A stretch of DNA of 64,000 nucleotides from a bacterium (GCA_965199855.1 OZ241326.1:2367486-2431485); one strand, 5' to 3'. Shown: positions 36,400 through 47,518, counted from the stretch's first letter. The notes: generated by a model not told the origin, from the letters alone. Numbers and translations are program-made.

Positions 36400-38520
36400 T
36401 CCGCCCCCGGCGTGAGGGCCTTCGGGCGGGGAGGCTCCGTCTCGATCCGTCTCGGTTCCCGGCCCCCGTCGGGGCGCAAGTGCGGGCGGATGCGCGCAAA
36501 CGCCGCGGCCTTGCGAAATGACCTCTCCGGGAGCCTCTTTTTCGCACAATCCTTTTATTTTCAATGACTTGATATTTTTTCCGCGCTCCGAAGGGTCTTG
36601 AATTTGTCGAATAAAGGCGCGAATTTGCGGGATAAAGGCGTGAATTTGTCGGATTTTGTCGAAAATAGGATTGTTTTCATCATGGCGCGGACGACGCGCG
36701 AACGCCGCGCCTGAAACGCGCAGGGGCGCCCCCTCCTCGGCGCCGCCCCACAACTCCCGAGCCGCCCGTCGCCGGACGACAACCCCCGGATTCCGCAATC
36801 CTTCCTTCTCATCGGAATTGACGACGCGGGAACGGCGCGGGGCGACAAACGCCCTGACCCGCGCCCACGCCTTCGTCATCATTCGTATTCCGAAACCCAT
36901 GCGTTCGCCTCCTCCTTCTCGCGGCGGATTCTCGCGCATTCAGGGGAAAGCCCGACAGGCGCAAATGCGGGCAAATGCGCAATCGATTCCGAATGGGCGG
37001 AAGGATTCTCCCGATGCGGGGAGAGACGCGGGCGGACAACCACAGGGGGTTGTCCCTACGGGGCCGGATGGCGTGATTCACCCGTAGGGGACGCATATAT
37101 GTGTCCCGCGCCGTTCCCGTTTGTGGCGCGGGCGGTTCTCGAACCGCCCCTACGGGGTTTTCGCGCGGCGGCGGGACGGGAATCTGGCGAAGGACAACCA
37201 CGGGGGTTGTCCCTACGGGCCAAGGCATCGCCAACCCACAACGGGGCGCAAGAATGCGCCCCCTACGGGAATCGGATGGCGTGATTCGATTGTAGGGGCG
37301 GTTCGCGAACCGCCCGTTTGGGGATGGTTGCCTATGGGTGATGATGGGGCGTAGGGGCGGCCCCTCCCCGGGGCCGCCCCACAATTCGGGAACCGCCCGT
37401 TTTGAAGGAAGACAATCAAAACCCTGGATTCCGGCCTTCGCCGGAATGACGGCGGAATGAGGACGCGGTGCGGACAACCACAGGGGGTTGTCCCTACGGC
37501 GGGGCGCATGAATGCGCCCCCTACGGCGAGGGTTTCCCCTCCGGCGCGCGCCGCCGCAAAACCCGTCATTCCGGCGAAGGCCGGAATCCAGAACCGGGGC
37601 GCGCGGCGGCAAACGGGCGTTCCCGGTCAATCCATGCGCGGGTTCATGGTTCCGTAGGGGCGGCTCGCGATTGGCGGGGCGGGTCGTTCACGAACGACCC
37701 CTACGGGATTGTCGCGCGGCGGCGGGACGGGAATCCGGCGAAAGACAACCCCCCGTGGTTCGCTACGGAGGGCGAGCGCGGTTCGCCTCCGCAGGGGCGG
37801 CCCCTTCCCGGGGCCGCCCCACAATTCGTGAACCGCCCGTTTTGAAGGAAGACGATTAAAACCCTGGATTCCGGCCTTCGCCGGAATGACGGCCGGGGAT
37901 GCCCCTTACGGCGGGGAACGCGGGGTTCATGGTTCCGTAGATGAAACGCGAGAGCGTTTCCATTCATGCGTCCCGCGCCGTTTCCGTTGATTCGATGCGG
38001 GCGGTTCTCGAACCGCCCCTACGGGGTTTTCATCCGGCGGAATGAGGACGCGGTGCGGACAACCACAGGGGGTTGTCCCTACGATTTGATCCGCGTTATC
38101 GCCGGGCCCGCAACGGGCGCAAGAATGCGTCCCCTACGAAACTGTCGCCGCCCTCGCCTTTGTAGGGGACGCATATATGCGTCCCGCGCCGTTTTCCATC
38201 AATGGCGACGCGGGCGGTTCGCGAACCGCCCCTACGGGGTGGGTCGTCTATGGATGACGACGACGGGCCGCCCGTTTTGACGGGAAGACAATCAAACCTC
38301 CGGATTCCGGCCTTCGCCGGAATGACGGCCGGGGATTCCCCCTACGGCGGGGAACGCGGGGTTTGTGACTTCGCAGGGGCGCCCCCTCCCCGGGGCCGCC
38401 CCGCAATTCGGGAACCGCCCGTTGGGGAGCGGCCAGCCTCGCCGGGTTCCGCAATCCCTCCGCCCCGTCGGGGAATCTCTCCTCCTTCGGGCGGGACGGC
38501 TCCTCACGCCAGCCTTCTCA
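36400..38520. repeat. large cluster of REP/BIME-like mosaic palindromic repeats (GTAG/CTAC-headed palindromes of at least 6 unit types)
   Basis: Units recur many times here and at four other loci, each flanked by gtagg/cctac. Examples: ggacaaccacagggggttgtccctacgg, cggttcgcgaaccgcccctacgg, ggcgcatgaatgcgccccctacgg, attccggccttcgccggaatgacgg, ggcggcccctccccggggccgcc, ggattccgcaatccctccgcc. Confidence 0.85.
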
Positions 38521-39397
38521 CCCCCGGGAATTCCTCCTCGACGCGCAGGTCGCGCTCGTCGTGGCCGGCGAAGAGGAGGCCGGGGGAGGCCGCCATGTCC
38601 TTCACGGCGTCCAGGGCGCGCAGGGCGTCGTCCACGTGGACGTGGACGCCCGGCGGAATCATCGACTCGAAGCTGCGGTAGAGACAGGCCGCGTCCACCG
38701 CCAGCGCCGCCCAGCCCCCCTTCGCCCGGAAGCGGACGACCTGGAGGCCGGGCGTGTGCCCGCCCACCCGGTGGAGGCGGACGCCGTCGGCGATTTCCGC
38801 CTCGCCGTCCACGAGCTCCAGGCGGCCCGCCTCCAGCAGCCGCTCGGCTTCCGCCAGATCGCCCAGAAAATGGTTGAGGAAGTGGTATGCGCCCGCGTCG
38901 CTCCGCCAGAAGTCGAGCTCGCGCCTCTGGAGCCAGAACCGCGCGGAGGAGAACAGCCGGGGCGAGGCGAAATGATCCCAGTGCAGGTGGCTCACGACGA
39001 GCCGCTCCACCTCCGAGGGTCTGAGTCCGAAATGCGCGAGAAGCTCCCGCTGGGAGCGGTAGCCCTCGTAGTCGGGATTGCGCGCCCGCTGCGCCTCCTC
39101 GCCGAAGCCGGTGTCCACCACCACGGGCGCGCCGCCCCCCTCGGGCATGAGCAGCCAGAAGAAGTAGGGCAGCCGCCGCGTCCGCCCCGACTCGCTCAGA
39201 TACAGCAGCCAGGAGGCGTCGCACCGACGCCAGCCCTGGCACAGGGCGTAGAGCCGCCAGGTCGCCTCGCGCAAGATGCGGTCCTCCCCCTTTTGTTGTC
39301 CGCGCCCGCCGATTATGCCATTATTTTCGAGGACGCGAACTTCTACGGCCCGGACAACCGCGAACCACCCCCGAAGGGCGCCTGTCTTGGACAACAT
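38504..39397 (-). CDS. MBL-fold metallo-hydrolase (AHL-lactonase-like)
   Basis: HLHWDH (HxHxDH) zinc motif in VVSHLHWDHFAS. The N-terminal start is uncertain; the annotated Met of the track ORF would overlap mrpA. Confidence 0.7.
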   Translation of the reverse strand: MLSKTGALRGWFAVVRAVEVRVLENNGIIGGRGQQKGEDRILREATWRLYALCQGWRRCDASWLLYLSESGRTRRLPYFFWLLMPEGGGAPVVVDTGFGEEAQRARNPDYEGYRSQRELLAHFGLRPSEVERLVVSHLHWDHFASPRLFSSARFWLQRRELDFWRSDAGAYHFLNHFLGDLAEAERLLEAGRLELVDGEAEIADGVRLHRVGGHTPGLQVVRFRAKGGWAALAVDAACLYRSFESMIPPGVHVHVDDALRALDAVKDMAASPGLLFAGHDERDLRVEEEFPGVRRLA

Positions 39398-41732
39398 CCT
39401 CATCGCCGTGTTCTTCCCGTTTCTGGCGGCGCTCATCGTCCCCCGGTTCGCCGCGCGATTCCGCCGGCGCGCCGCGTGGTTCGCCATGGCGGCGCCCCTC
39501 GCAAGCCTCGGGGCGCTGCTCTCCCTCTACGGCGAATGGGCGGCGGGGGGCGGGAAGACCCTCGTCCGCCCCCTCTCCTGGGTGCCGGCGGCGAACGTGG
39601 AAGTCTCCTTCATGACGGACGGCCTGAGCCTCATGTGGGGCTTTCTGGTGGCGGGCATGGGCGCGCTCATCGTCCTCTATTCGCATTGGTATCTCCCCGA
39701 AGACGAGGCGCTCGGGCGCTACTACGGCTTTCTGCTCGCCTTCATGGGGTCGATGCTCGGGGTGGTGTTCTCGGATCACCTGCTCTCGCTCTTCATCTTC
39801 TGGGAGCTGACGAGCGTCACCTCGTTCTTCCTCATCGGCTTCTGGTCGGAGCGCGGCGCCTCGAACTACGGCGCGGCCAAGGCGATTCTCATCACCGGAA
39901 GCGGGGGGCTCGCCATGCTGGGGGGCTTCCTGCTCCTGGGCGAGGCGGCGGGCGAGTGGCGGCTCTCGCGGCTCATCCTCACGCCCGACGCGGCCGCGAA
40001 GGTCTCCCTGGGCGTCTTCCTGCTCATCATCCTGGGGGCGGCGACCAAGAGCGCGCAGTGGCCCTTCCACATCTGGCTGCCGAACGCCATGGAGGCGCCC
40101 ACGCCCATCAGCGCCTTCCTGCACTCGGCGACGATGGTGAAGGCGGGGGTCTATCTGCTCTCGCGCTTCTACCCGATTCTGGGGGCGCACCCCGCCTGGG
40201 GCTACGTCGTGACGGGCTTCGGCATGACGACGATGATCGCGGGCGGCCTGCTCTCCCTGCGCGCCCATGACCTCAAGGCCATCCTCGCCTACGGGACGAT
40301 CAGCCAGCTGGGCCTCCTCGTCACCTTCCTGGGCTACGGGGGGCGGGGCGCCGTCGTGGGCGCGACGCTCCACCTCTACAACCACGCGGCGGCGAAGGCG
40401 GCGATGTTCATGACGGTGGGCGTCATCGACCACGAGGCGGGCACGCGCGACGCGCGGCTGCTGGGGAACCTGCGGAAGCTCATGCCGAAAACCCACCTCC
40501 TCGCGCTCCTCGCCGCGCTCAGCCTCATCGGCGTCCCGCCCCTGGGCGGCTTCATCACCAAGGAGATGCTCTACGAGGCGAGCCTGCGCCCCGGAGGCCC
40601 GGGCGCGTGGGGCTGGTTCTGGCCCTGGCTCACCGTTCTGGCGGGCGCGTTCACCGCGCTCTATCACCTGCGCTTTCTGGGCGAGCCCTTCTGGCGGGCG
40701 GCCGAGGGGGAGGCGCCGAAGCGCCCGCACGACCCGCCCTGGGGGATGCTCGCCGCCCCCGCCGCCCTCGCGCTCCTCGCGCTCGCCTTCGGCCTGGCGC
40801 CGTGGATCATCCAGGACGCCCTCGTCGCGCCGGCGGCGGAGGCGACCCTGGGCGGAGGCGCGCGGCTCGACCTCCGCCTGGGTCTCTGGCACGGGGTGAA
40901 CGCGCCCCTGCTCATGTCTGTCCTCACCATGGCGCTGGGCACCGCGCTCTACTTCGGCTTCGCGCGCGTGAAGGCGCTGCTCGACGCCTCGGCGCGCGCG
41001 TGGGGGAGCGCCCCCGCTCCCGACAGAATATACGACGCCTGCATCGGCTGGATGCGCGGCGGGGCGCGGGAGATCCTCCTCCTCCTCCAGGACGGGAACC
41101 TGAGAAGATACATGCGCTGGACGATGGCGGCCCCCGCCGTCCTCGTCCTGGGCGTCGTCTGGCCGATGCGCTGGGGGGAGAGCGTCTTTCCCCGGACGCT
41201 CGAGGGCGTCTCGCCCCTCCTCGTCGTGATCGCGGCGATGATCGCGGCCTCCGCCCTCGCCACGGCGCTCTTCCGGCGGCGCATCCCGGCGATTCTCTCC
41301 CTCGGCGTGATGGGCTATTCCATCTCGGGGCTGTATCTGCTCCTCAAGGCGCCGGATCTGGCGCTCACCCAGATCATGGTCGAATCGGCCTCGGTCGCGC
41401 TGTTCCTGCTCGTGTTCCGGCGCCTGCCCGAGCTCGAACCCGTCCCCTCCTCCCCCGCCAGAAAGGCGCGGGACTGGGGAATCGCCGCCGCCCTGGGCGC
41501 CTTCACGGCGCTGGGCATGGCCGCCGCCATGAACGCGCACCACTTCCGGACGATCGCGGACTACTTCATGCGCACGAGCAAGCCGGTCGCCGGCTTCAAG
41601 AACGTGGTGAACGCGATCATCGTCGACTACCGCGGCTACGACACGCTGGGGGAGATTACCGTGCTCGTCATCGCGGGCATCGCCATCTACGCCCTCACGC
41701 GGCTGACGGGGGGGGTTCGATGGGATCACTGA
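39383..41732 (+). CDS. mrpA: Na+/H+ antiporter subunit MrpA/MnhA (with fused MrpB-like domain)
   Basis: NuoL-like multi-TM protein ([28 protein letters not shown]). Start uncertain (TTG 39383 proposed); the track ORF begins upstream in a GC-rich leader. Confidence 0.8.
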
Positions 41733-42157
41733 TTCTCCAGACGGTCGCGCCCGTCGTCCTCCACCTGACGCTCCTGTTCTCGCTCTTTCTGCTCCTCTAC
41801 GGCCACAACCAGCCGGGGGGCGGCTTCATCGCGGGGCTGATGACGGCGGTGGGCGTCATCCTCCAGTGGGTGGCGGTGGGCGCGGAGGAGGGCCGGCGGC
41901 GCTTCCACTGGCCCTACGAGACGATTTTCCTGCTCGGGCTGGCGCTCTCCACCCTCACGGGCCTGTGGGGCTATCTCAAGGGGGCGTATCTCAAAAGCTC
42001 GATCTACCGCTTCGTCCTGCCGTTCATCGGCGAGGCGGAGCTGTTCACCGCGTTTCTGTTCGACGTAGGAGTCTATGGCGTGGTGGTCGGGGTGGTGATG
42101 TCCATCCTCACCAACCTGTGCCCGCCGCCGGAGGGGACGAACCCCCAGGGGCGGTGA
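41720..42157 (+). CDS. mrpB: Na+/H+ antiporter subunit MrpB/MnhB
   Basis: The ATG at 41720 overlaps the mrpA stop; 145-aa membrane protein ([40 protein letters not shown]). Confidence 0.75.
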   Translation: MGSLILQTVAPVVLHLTLLFSLFLLLYGHNQPGGGFIAGLMTAVGVILQWVAVGAEEGRRRFHWPYETIFLLGLALSTLTGLWGYLKGAYLKSSIYRFVLPFIGEAELFTAFLFDVGVYGVVVGVVMSILTNLCPPPEGTNPQGR

Positions 42158-42228
42158 CGCCCGCGGGGGGCGGAGCTTCCGGCGTCCGCCCGCCCCGCCG
42201 GACGAGAAGAAGCGGAGGAGGAAGGGCC

Positions 42229-42579
42229 ATGGTCTGGACGCTGGCGGCGACGATAGGCGCGCTGGTCGCGGTCGCCTCCTATCTCATCATGCAGCGCAGA
42301 ATCATCCAGGTCGTGCTGGGCATGTCGGTGCTCAGCCACGCCGCGAACCTGATGATCGTCGCCTCCGGCTGGGTGGGGGACGGAAAAGCCCCCATCGTCC
42401 CCAAGAAGGAGGGCTTCCTCGACCCGTTCCTCTACGTGGACCCCCTGCCCCAGGCCATGGTGCTGACCGCCATCGTCATCAGCCTCGCGGTGACGGCGTT
42501 CCTGCTCGTCCTCGCGCTCTTCGCCTACCGCAGGTTCGGGACGGACGACATCGACAAAATCAGGAGGCTCAGGGGATGA
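42229..42579 (+). CDS. mrpC: Na+/H+ antiporter subunit MrpC/MnhC (NuoK-like)
   Basis: MVWTLAATIGALVAVASYLIMQRRIIQVVLGMSVLSHAANLMIV. Confidence 0.8.
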   Translation: MVWTLAATIGALVAVASYLIMQRRIIQVVLGMSVLSHAANLMIVASGWVGDGKAPIVPKKEGFLDPFLYVDPLPQAMVLTAIVISLAVTAFLLVLALFAYRRFGTDDIDKIRRLRG

Positions 42580-44051
42580 GCGCCCTCTTCCCCCTGCTCG
42601 TCGTCTGGCCGCTCGCCACGGGCGTCGTTCTCTTCCTCGTCCGCAAAAGGCGCGCCCTCCAGGAGAGCCTGAGCCTCCTCTCGCTGCTGGCGAACCTGAT
42701 GCTGGCCGTCGCGCTCCTGAGCGCCACGGCGGACGGGACGATATTCGTCCACAGGATGGGGCTGTGGCCCTTCCCCTACGCCATCGTTCTCGCCGCCGAC
42801 CGGCTCGCCGCCACGCTCCTGTGCCTCTCCGCCTCCATCGTGGGGGCGTGCGCCGTGTTCGCCGGAAGCTACCTCACCGACGAGCAGCGCAGGGAGGCCT
42901 TCAGCCCCCTGCTGCATTTTCTCCTGATGGGGATGCAGGGCTGCTTCATCACGGGCGATCTGTTCAACCTGTTCGTCTTCTTCGAGGTCATGCTCATGGC
43001 CACCTACGCGCTGCTCGGCTTCCACTACAGCCTCGACCAGCTCGAGATGGCCTTCAAATACGTCTGCCTGAACCTCATCGCCTCGGCCCTGTTCCTGATC
43101 GGCGTCTCGCTGCTCTACGCCCAGACGGGCACGGTGAACATGGCGGACCTCGCCGGGAAAATCGCGCTCCTGGGCCCCACGCCCCTCGTCGTGGCGACCG
43201 CCCTCGTCTTCATCTTCACGTTCAGCGTCAAGGCGGCCATCTTCCCCATGCACCTGTGGCTGCCCTCGGCGCATTCGATATCGCCCACCCCCGTCAGCGC
43301 CATCCTGGCGGGCGCGCTCGTCAAGGTGGGCCTCTACGCCGTCATCCGGTGCGCCACGCTCATCTTCCCGGCCGCGTTCCTGGAGCTCCAGCCGGGCCTC
43401 ATCGCCCTCGGGCTGTGCACCATCGCCATGGGCGCGCTCGGCACCCTCTCGCAGACGAGCCTGAAGCGCATCCTCGCCTACAGCACCATCAACCAGCTCG
43501 GCTACATCGCCTTCGCGGTCGCCCTGCTCTCGCAGGCGGGGCTGGCGGCGGCGGTCTTCTACATCGCCGCCCACGCCTACCTGAAAAGCGCGTTGCTGCT
43601 GGGGGCGGGCCTCAGCCAGAAGCTCACCGGCACGGTGGACCTCGAGGAGATGGGCGGCATGATGGGCAAGGCGCCCTTCGCCAGCCTCCTGATGCTCGTG
43701 GGCTTCCTCTCCCTGGCGGGCTTCCCGCCCTTCGCGGGCTTCTTCGCCAAGCTCTTCGTTCTGCAGGCGGGGTTCGCGCAGGGGGCGACCCTCGCGACGG
43801 GCGTCGCCCTGGGGTTCGGCGTCATATCGCTCTACTACAACTTCACGACCTATCAGCGCTACGCCTGGGGAACGGGCGGAGGCGAGGTCGCCGCGGCGTC
43901 TCCCGCCCTCTACGGGGCCGCGGCCTTTCTCTCCGCCTTCGCGGTCATCTTCGGGGCGGGCGCGTTCTGGCTCTTCGAGTGGGCGCAGCTCGTGGCCGCC
44001 CAGATCACGAGGCCGGAGCTCTACGTCGCCGCCATGCGGCAGGCCGGATAG
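42576..44051 (+). CDS. mrpD: Na+/H+ antiporter subunit MrpD/MnhD (NuoN/M-like)
   Basis: 491-aa multi-TM protein with AIFPMHLWLPSAHS; its start overlaps the mrpC stop. Confidence 0.85.
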   Translation: MSALFPLLVVWPLATGVVLFLVRKRRALQESLSLLSLLANLMLAVALLSATADGTIFVHRMGLWPFPYAIVLAADRLAATLLCLSASIVGACAVFAGSYLTDEQRREAFSPLLHFLLMGMQGCFITGDLFNLFVFFEVMLMATYALLGFHYSLDQLEMAFKYVCLNLIASALFLIGVSLLYAQTGTVNMADLAGKIALLGPTPLVVATALVFIFTFSVKAAIFPMHLWLPSAHSISPTPVSAILAGALVKVGLYAVIRCATLIFPAAFLELQPGLIALGLCTIAMGALGTLSQTSLKRILAYSTINQLGYIAFAVALLSQAGLAAAVFYIAAHAYLKSALLLGAGLSQKLTGTVDLEEMGGMMGKAPFASLLMLVGFLSLAGFPPFAGFFAKLFVLQAGFAQGATLATGVALGFGVISLYYNFTTYQRYAWGTGGGEVAAASPALYGAAAFLSAFAVIFGAGAFWLFEWAQLVAAQITRPELYVAAMRQAG

Positions 44052-44062
44052 GAGAACAGCGG

Positions 44063-44536
44063 ATGCCGCTCGCCGCCCTCGCCCTCGTCATCGCCGCCCT
44101 GTGGATCTTCCTTCACGGCAGCGCCACGCCCGGGCGCTTCTTCGTGGGCCTCGTCATGGCCGCCCTCATCATCGGCTTTCTGAGAAAATCCTGCTACGAG
44201 GAGCGGACGTTCCTGCGGCTCGGCAGCTACGCCCGATACCTGAGAAGCTTCGCCTGGGAGCTCCTCGCGGCGAATCTGCAGGTTCTGAGAATCGTCCTAA
44301 GCCCCCGGCTGTCGATTCGCCCGGGCATCATCTCCTACCGGACGGTCTGCAGGACGCCCCTGGGGGTGACGATGCTGGCCAACTCCATCACCCTCACCCC
44401 CGGAACGCTGAGCGTGGACGTGTCCGAGGATCACGCGACGATCTTCGTCCACACCCTGGACATCGACCACCCCGACGAGGTCGCCGCCGGCATCCGGGAG
44501 GGGCTGGAGCGCCCCATCGCGGGAGCGGTGGAATGA
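44063..44536 (+). CDS. mrpE: Na+/H+ antiporter subunit MrpE/MnhE
   Basis: MPLAALALVIAALWIFLHGSATPGRFFVGLVMAALIIGFL...TLTPGTLSVDV. Confidence 0.75.
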   Translation: MPLAALALVIAALWIFLHGSATPGRFFVGLVMAALIIGFLRKSCYEERTFLRLGSYARYLRSFAWELLAANLQVLRIVLSPRLSIRPGIISYRTVCRTPLGVTMLANSITLTPGTLSVDVSEDHATIFVHTLDIDHPDEVAAGIREGLERPIAGAVE

Positions 44537-44802
44537 TCGCCGCCGCCGTCCAGATCAGCCTCGTCATGCTGGGCCTCTCGGTGGCGCTGGCGTTCGTCCG
44601 CCTCGTCAAGGGCCCCACGACCTCCGACCGCGTCGTGGCCGCCGACGCCATCGCCACGAACGTGCTGGGCGTCATCGCCCTCTACGCGATACAGACGGGC
44701 AACGGCCTGTTCATCATCGCCGCCCTCGCCCTGGCGATTCTGAGCTTCGTGGGGACGACGGCGTACGCGAAGTTCCTGGAGAGGGGGAGAATCATTGAGT
44801 GA
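44533..44802 (+). CDS. mrpF: Na+/H+ antiporter subunit MrpF/MnhF
   Basis: MIAAAVQISLVMLGLSVALAFVRLVKGPTTSDRVVAADAIATNV; overlaps the stop of mrpE. Confidence 0.75.
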   Translation: MIAAAVQISLVMLGLSVALAFVRLVKGPTTSDRVVAADAIATNVLGVIALYAIQTGNGLFIIAALALAILSFVGTTAYAKFLERGRIIE

Positions 44803-45178
44803 GGCCCTCGCCTGCGCCCTCCTGCTCATCGGCGCGTTCTTCATGCTGGTGGCGAGCGTCGGGCTTCTGCGCCTGCCGGACGTCTATTGCCGGATGCACG
44901 CCGCCACCAAGGCGACCACCTTCGGAATGCTCGGCATCCTCCTGGGGGCGAGCCTCGTGTTCCAGAGCGCGGCCGTGACGACGCAGGCGCTCCTCGCCGT
45001 CTTCTTCCTGTTCCTGACCGCCCCCGTCGCCGCGCACCTCATCTCGCGCGCCGCCTACAAGCGCGGCCCCGACCTTTGCCCCGAGACCACGCACGACGAA
45101 TACGGCGAATACCTCAGGAAGCGAGAGGGCGCGGCCGGGGAGGAGGAAGCCGGCGGCGAGGGGCGGGAAAGCCCTTGA
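44795..45178 (+). CDS. mrpG: Na+/H+ antiporter subunit MrpG/MnhG
   Basis: MSEALACALLLIGAFFMLVASVGLLRLPDVYCRMHAATKATTFG. Confidence 0.8.
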   Translation: MSEALACALLLIGAFFMLVASVGLLRLPDVYCRMHAATKATTFGMLGILLGASLVFQSAAVTTQALLAVFFLFLTAPVAAHLISRAAYKRGPDLCPETTHDEYGEYLRKREGAAGEEEAGGEGRESP

Positions 45179-45196
45179 AAAAGCGCGGCGAGGCGC

Positions 45197-46045
45197 ATGG
45201 CTGAGCCGAAGAGCGTCTTCATCGAAAGGGGCGGCGTCCGGCTTCACGCCCTGGATCACGGGGGCGAGGACAGGCCCGTTCTCCTCATGCTGCACGGCGC
45301 GGCGGCCCACGCGCGCTGGTGGGATCACGCCGCGCCCCGCTACGGGGACATCCTGCGGCCGGTGGCGACGGATCACCGGGGCCACGGCGACAGCGCGTGG
45401 CAGAGCGAATACCGCTTCGAGGACCTCCTGGGCGACCTCGCCGCCTGGGTGGCGTGGGCGACCGGGGCGGCGGGCGGGCGGAAGCCCTGGCTGCTGGCGC
45501 ACTCGATGGGCGGCGTCGTCGCCCTCAACCTCTTCGCCCTCGCTCCGCCCGAGGCGGCGGGCCTCATCGTCGTGGACGCCCCGCTCCGGACCACGGGCGA
45601 AATCCTCGCCGAGGTGCGCGCCTTCGGGAGGCGGCCCGAGAGGCCCTGGGCCTCGCGGGAGCTTTTCGTGGAAAAATTCAGGCTCCTGCCCTCATCGGAC
45701 AGGGCGGATCCGGCCGTCATCGCCCACATCGCGCGCCACGCCGTGCGGCGCGGCGGCGAGGACGCCTGGACGGTGAAGGCGGACAGGCGGTTTCACCTCA
45801 CCCGCCCCGAGACCGACCAGCGGCCCGGCTGGCTGAAAGTCGGGACGCCCGCCCTGCTCGTGGCGGGGGGGATGTCCGACCGCCTGAAGGAGGAGGGCTT
45901 CGCCTGGATGCGCGAAAACGCGCCGGGCGTGGAGATCGCGGTGATTCCGGGAGCGCATCACCACGTCTTCATCGACGCGCCGGAGGAGTTCATCCGCGTG
46001 ACGCGGGCGTTTCTGAAAAGGGAGATTTCCCGCGCGTCCGAATGA
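45197..46045 (+). CDS. alpha/beta-fold hydrolase
   Basis: LMLHGAAAHARWWD...LLAHSMGG nucleophile elbow. Confidence 0.75.
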   Translation: MAEPKSVFIERGGVRLHALDHGGEDRPVLLMLHGAAAHARWWDHAAPRYGDILRPVATDHRGHGDSAWQSEYRFEDLLGDLAAWVAWATGAAGGRKPWLLAHSMGGVVALNLFALAPPEAAGLIVVDAPLRTTGEILAEVRAFGRRPERPWASRELFVEKFRLLPSSDRADPAVIAHIARHAVRRGGEDAWTVKADRRFHLTRPETDQRPGWLKVGTPALLVAGGMSDRLKEEGFAWMRENAPGVEIAVIPGAHHHVFIDAPEEFIRVTRAFLKREISRASE

Positions 46046-46237
46046 GGAGGGCGGAGCGCGCGCCGGGCATGGTAAGTTGCCCCGGGAGGGGCGGCAAGCG
46101 GGCTGCGCCTCCTGTTAGACAAGGCGGACGGACGGGGGCGGGATGGCGAAGCTCATGGACGGCGCGGGCGATATGGCGTCCCTTCCGGGCTCGCTCGACG
46201 GCGGGCCTCTCCTGAAAATCGAACGGGAGGAGAAGGC

Positions 46238-47446
46238 ATGAAGAAAACGCGGCTCCTGACGGGGTGGGCGTTGACGCTGATCATGGCGGGATGCGCTGCG
46301 CCCACCATGAAAGTTCCGCCCGTGACGAAGTACGAGCAGAGGGAGGAGGCCAGGAAGCAGATAGCGATGGCTTCCAGAAGAACCCCGCTGAAAATGAGGA
46401 AGAACGAGAAGAACCTCGATCCGGAGAAGTGGCTGAACGAGATCGCCTATCAGATTTATCGAGCGAACGCCGAGTTTTGCGACAAGACGAGATTCATATC
46501 GGGATTCAGCTGGGAGAGCAGGCCGTATCTCTACAAGGGGGCGTTGGGAGATCGGGCGGCCTACGTCCTTCAGGTGTACGAGGACTCTCCGGCGGAGAAG
46601 GCGGGCTTGAAGGAAGGGGATCGGATTATCAGGATAAACGGGCATTATTTGGGGACATCAGGCGCGGGCGGGAAGAATATGCTTGAAAATCATTTCAGGC
46701 AGGGGGGGATGACGAACCAGCTCGTGGTGGACAGGGGAGGGACAAGGAGGGGAGCGCCGGCGGAACTGGTGGAAATAAGCGTAGGACAGACCAGGAACTG
46801 CGACTATCCGGTTCACATAAAGCCGGACGGCAAGGTCAACGCCTACACCGACGGGAAGAAGATCGTCTTTACCACGGGGCTGTTGAAGTTCGCGGACACC
46901 TCGGAGGAGCTGGCGTTCGTGCTCTCCCACGAGTTGGCGCACATCATCGAGAAGCACGTGGACAAGTCGAAAGCCAACACGTTCATCGGCGCCGGAATTG
47001 GAGCGGCGGTAGGAGCCGCGCTGGGGGTATTGCTGGACGCCGGACGTTCCCGATCTTCCGGCGGAGAGAAGAAAAGGACGACGAATTACGCCGAGAGACT
47101 GGGGACGGTGGGGATGGCGGCCGGAGCGATAAAGGGAAGACTGGCGTACTCCCCCGAGTTTGAAGGAGAGGCCGACTACATCGGGGTGTATTTGATGGGA
47201 AGGGCGGGATACGAGCTCGACAACGTAGCGGGGTTCTGGAGAAGGATGGGAGCGAAGCATCCACAGGCGATTATGCACAGCGTTACGCATCAGCCGACGG
47301 CGAAAAGGTTCGTGGCGGTGGAAAAAGCGGTAAGAGAGTTCAAGTGGAAGCAGAGCCGGGGGGAGAGGTTGATTCCGGAGAAGAAGGCGTTCTCGACGGG
47401 GAGCTACGCTGAATCCGAACATGGGAACGAGGGAGAAGGCAACTAG
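46238..47446 (+). CDS. M48-family metallopeptidase lipoprotein with internal PDZ-like domain (lower-GC gene)
   Basis: Lipobox LIMAGC; HELAH zinc motif (FVLSHELAHIIEKH); PDZ-like AEKAGLKEGDRIIRINGH; local GC about 56-58%. Confidence 0.7.
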   Translation: MKKTRLLTGWALTLIMAGCAAPTMKVPPVTKYEQREEARKQIAMASRRTPLKMRKNEKNLDPEKWLNEIAYQIYRANAEFCDKTRFISGFSWESRPYLYKGALGDRAAYVLQVYEDSPAEKAGLKEGDRIIRINGHYLGTSGAGGKNMLENHFRQGGMTNQLVVDRGGTRRGAPAELVEISVGQTRNCDYPVHIKPDGKVNAYTDGKKIVFTTGLLKFADTSEELAFVLSHELAHIIEKHVDKSKANTFIGAGIGAAVGAALGVLLDAGRSRSSGGEKKRTTNYAERLGTVGMAAGAIKGRLAYSPEFEGEADYIGVYLMGRAGYELDNVAGFWRRMGAKHPQAIMHSVTHQPTAKRFVAVEKAVREFKWKQSRGERLIPEKKAFSTGSYAESEHGNEGEGN

Positions 47447-47518
47447 ATTCAACCCGGGATGGAGCCTCTCCCCTCCGCCGGAGGTCGGCCCCGCCCGCCT
47501 CGCTCCGTCCGCGTCCTT

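Noticed and set aside
36256-36939. ORF pair 36256..36939(-) and 60394..61038(+) sharing about 110 aa of similar sequence
   Set aside because: The similarity comes from the two copies of the 0.5-kb inverted repeat. The conserved peptide RELWGGPGEGxPLR is also encoded by a dispersed REP unit in several other spurious ORFs, so this is not evidence of a protein-coding gene.
36400-38520. Possible CRISPR array in the repeat-dense intergenic regions
   Set aside because: The repeats are of several different palindromic types, in mixed orientation, with irregular spacing and no constant direct repeat or spacer periodicity. They fit REP/BIME elements, not CRISPR.
39321-41729. 802-aa minus-strand ORF
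   Set aside because: Antisense to mrpA; the product is hydrophilic and Arg-rich, whereas the plus strand encodes a textbook multi-TM antiporter.
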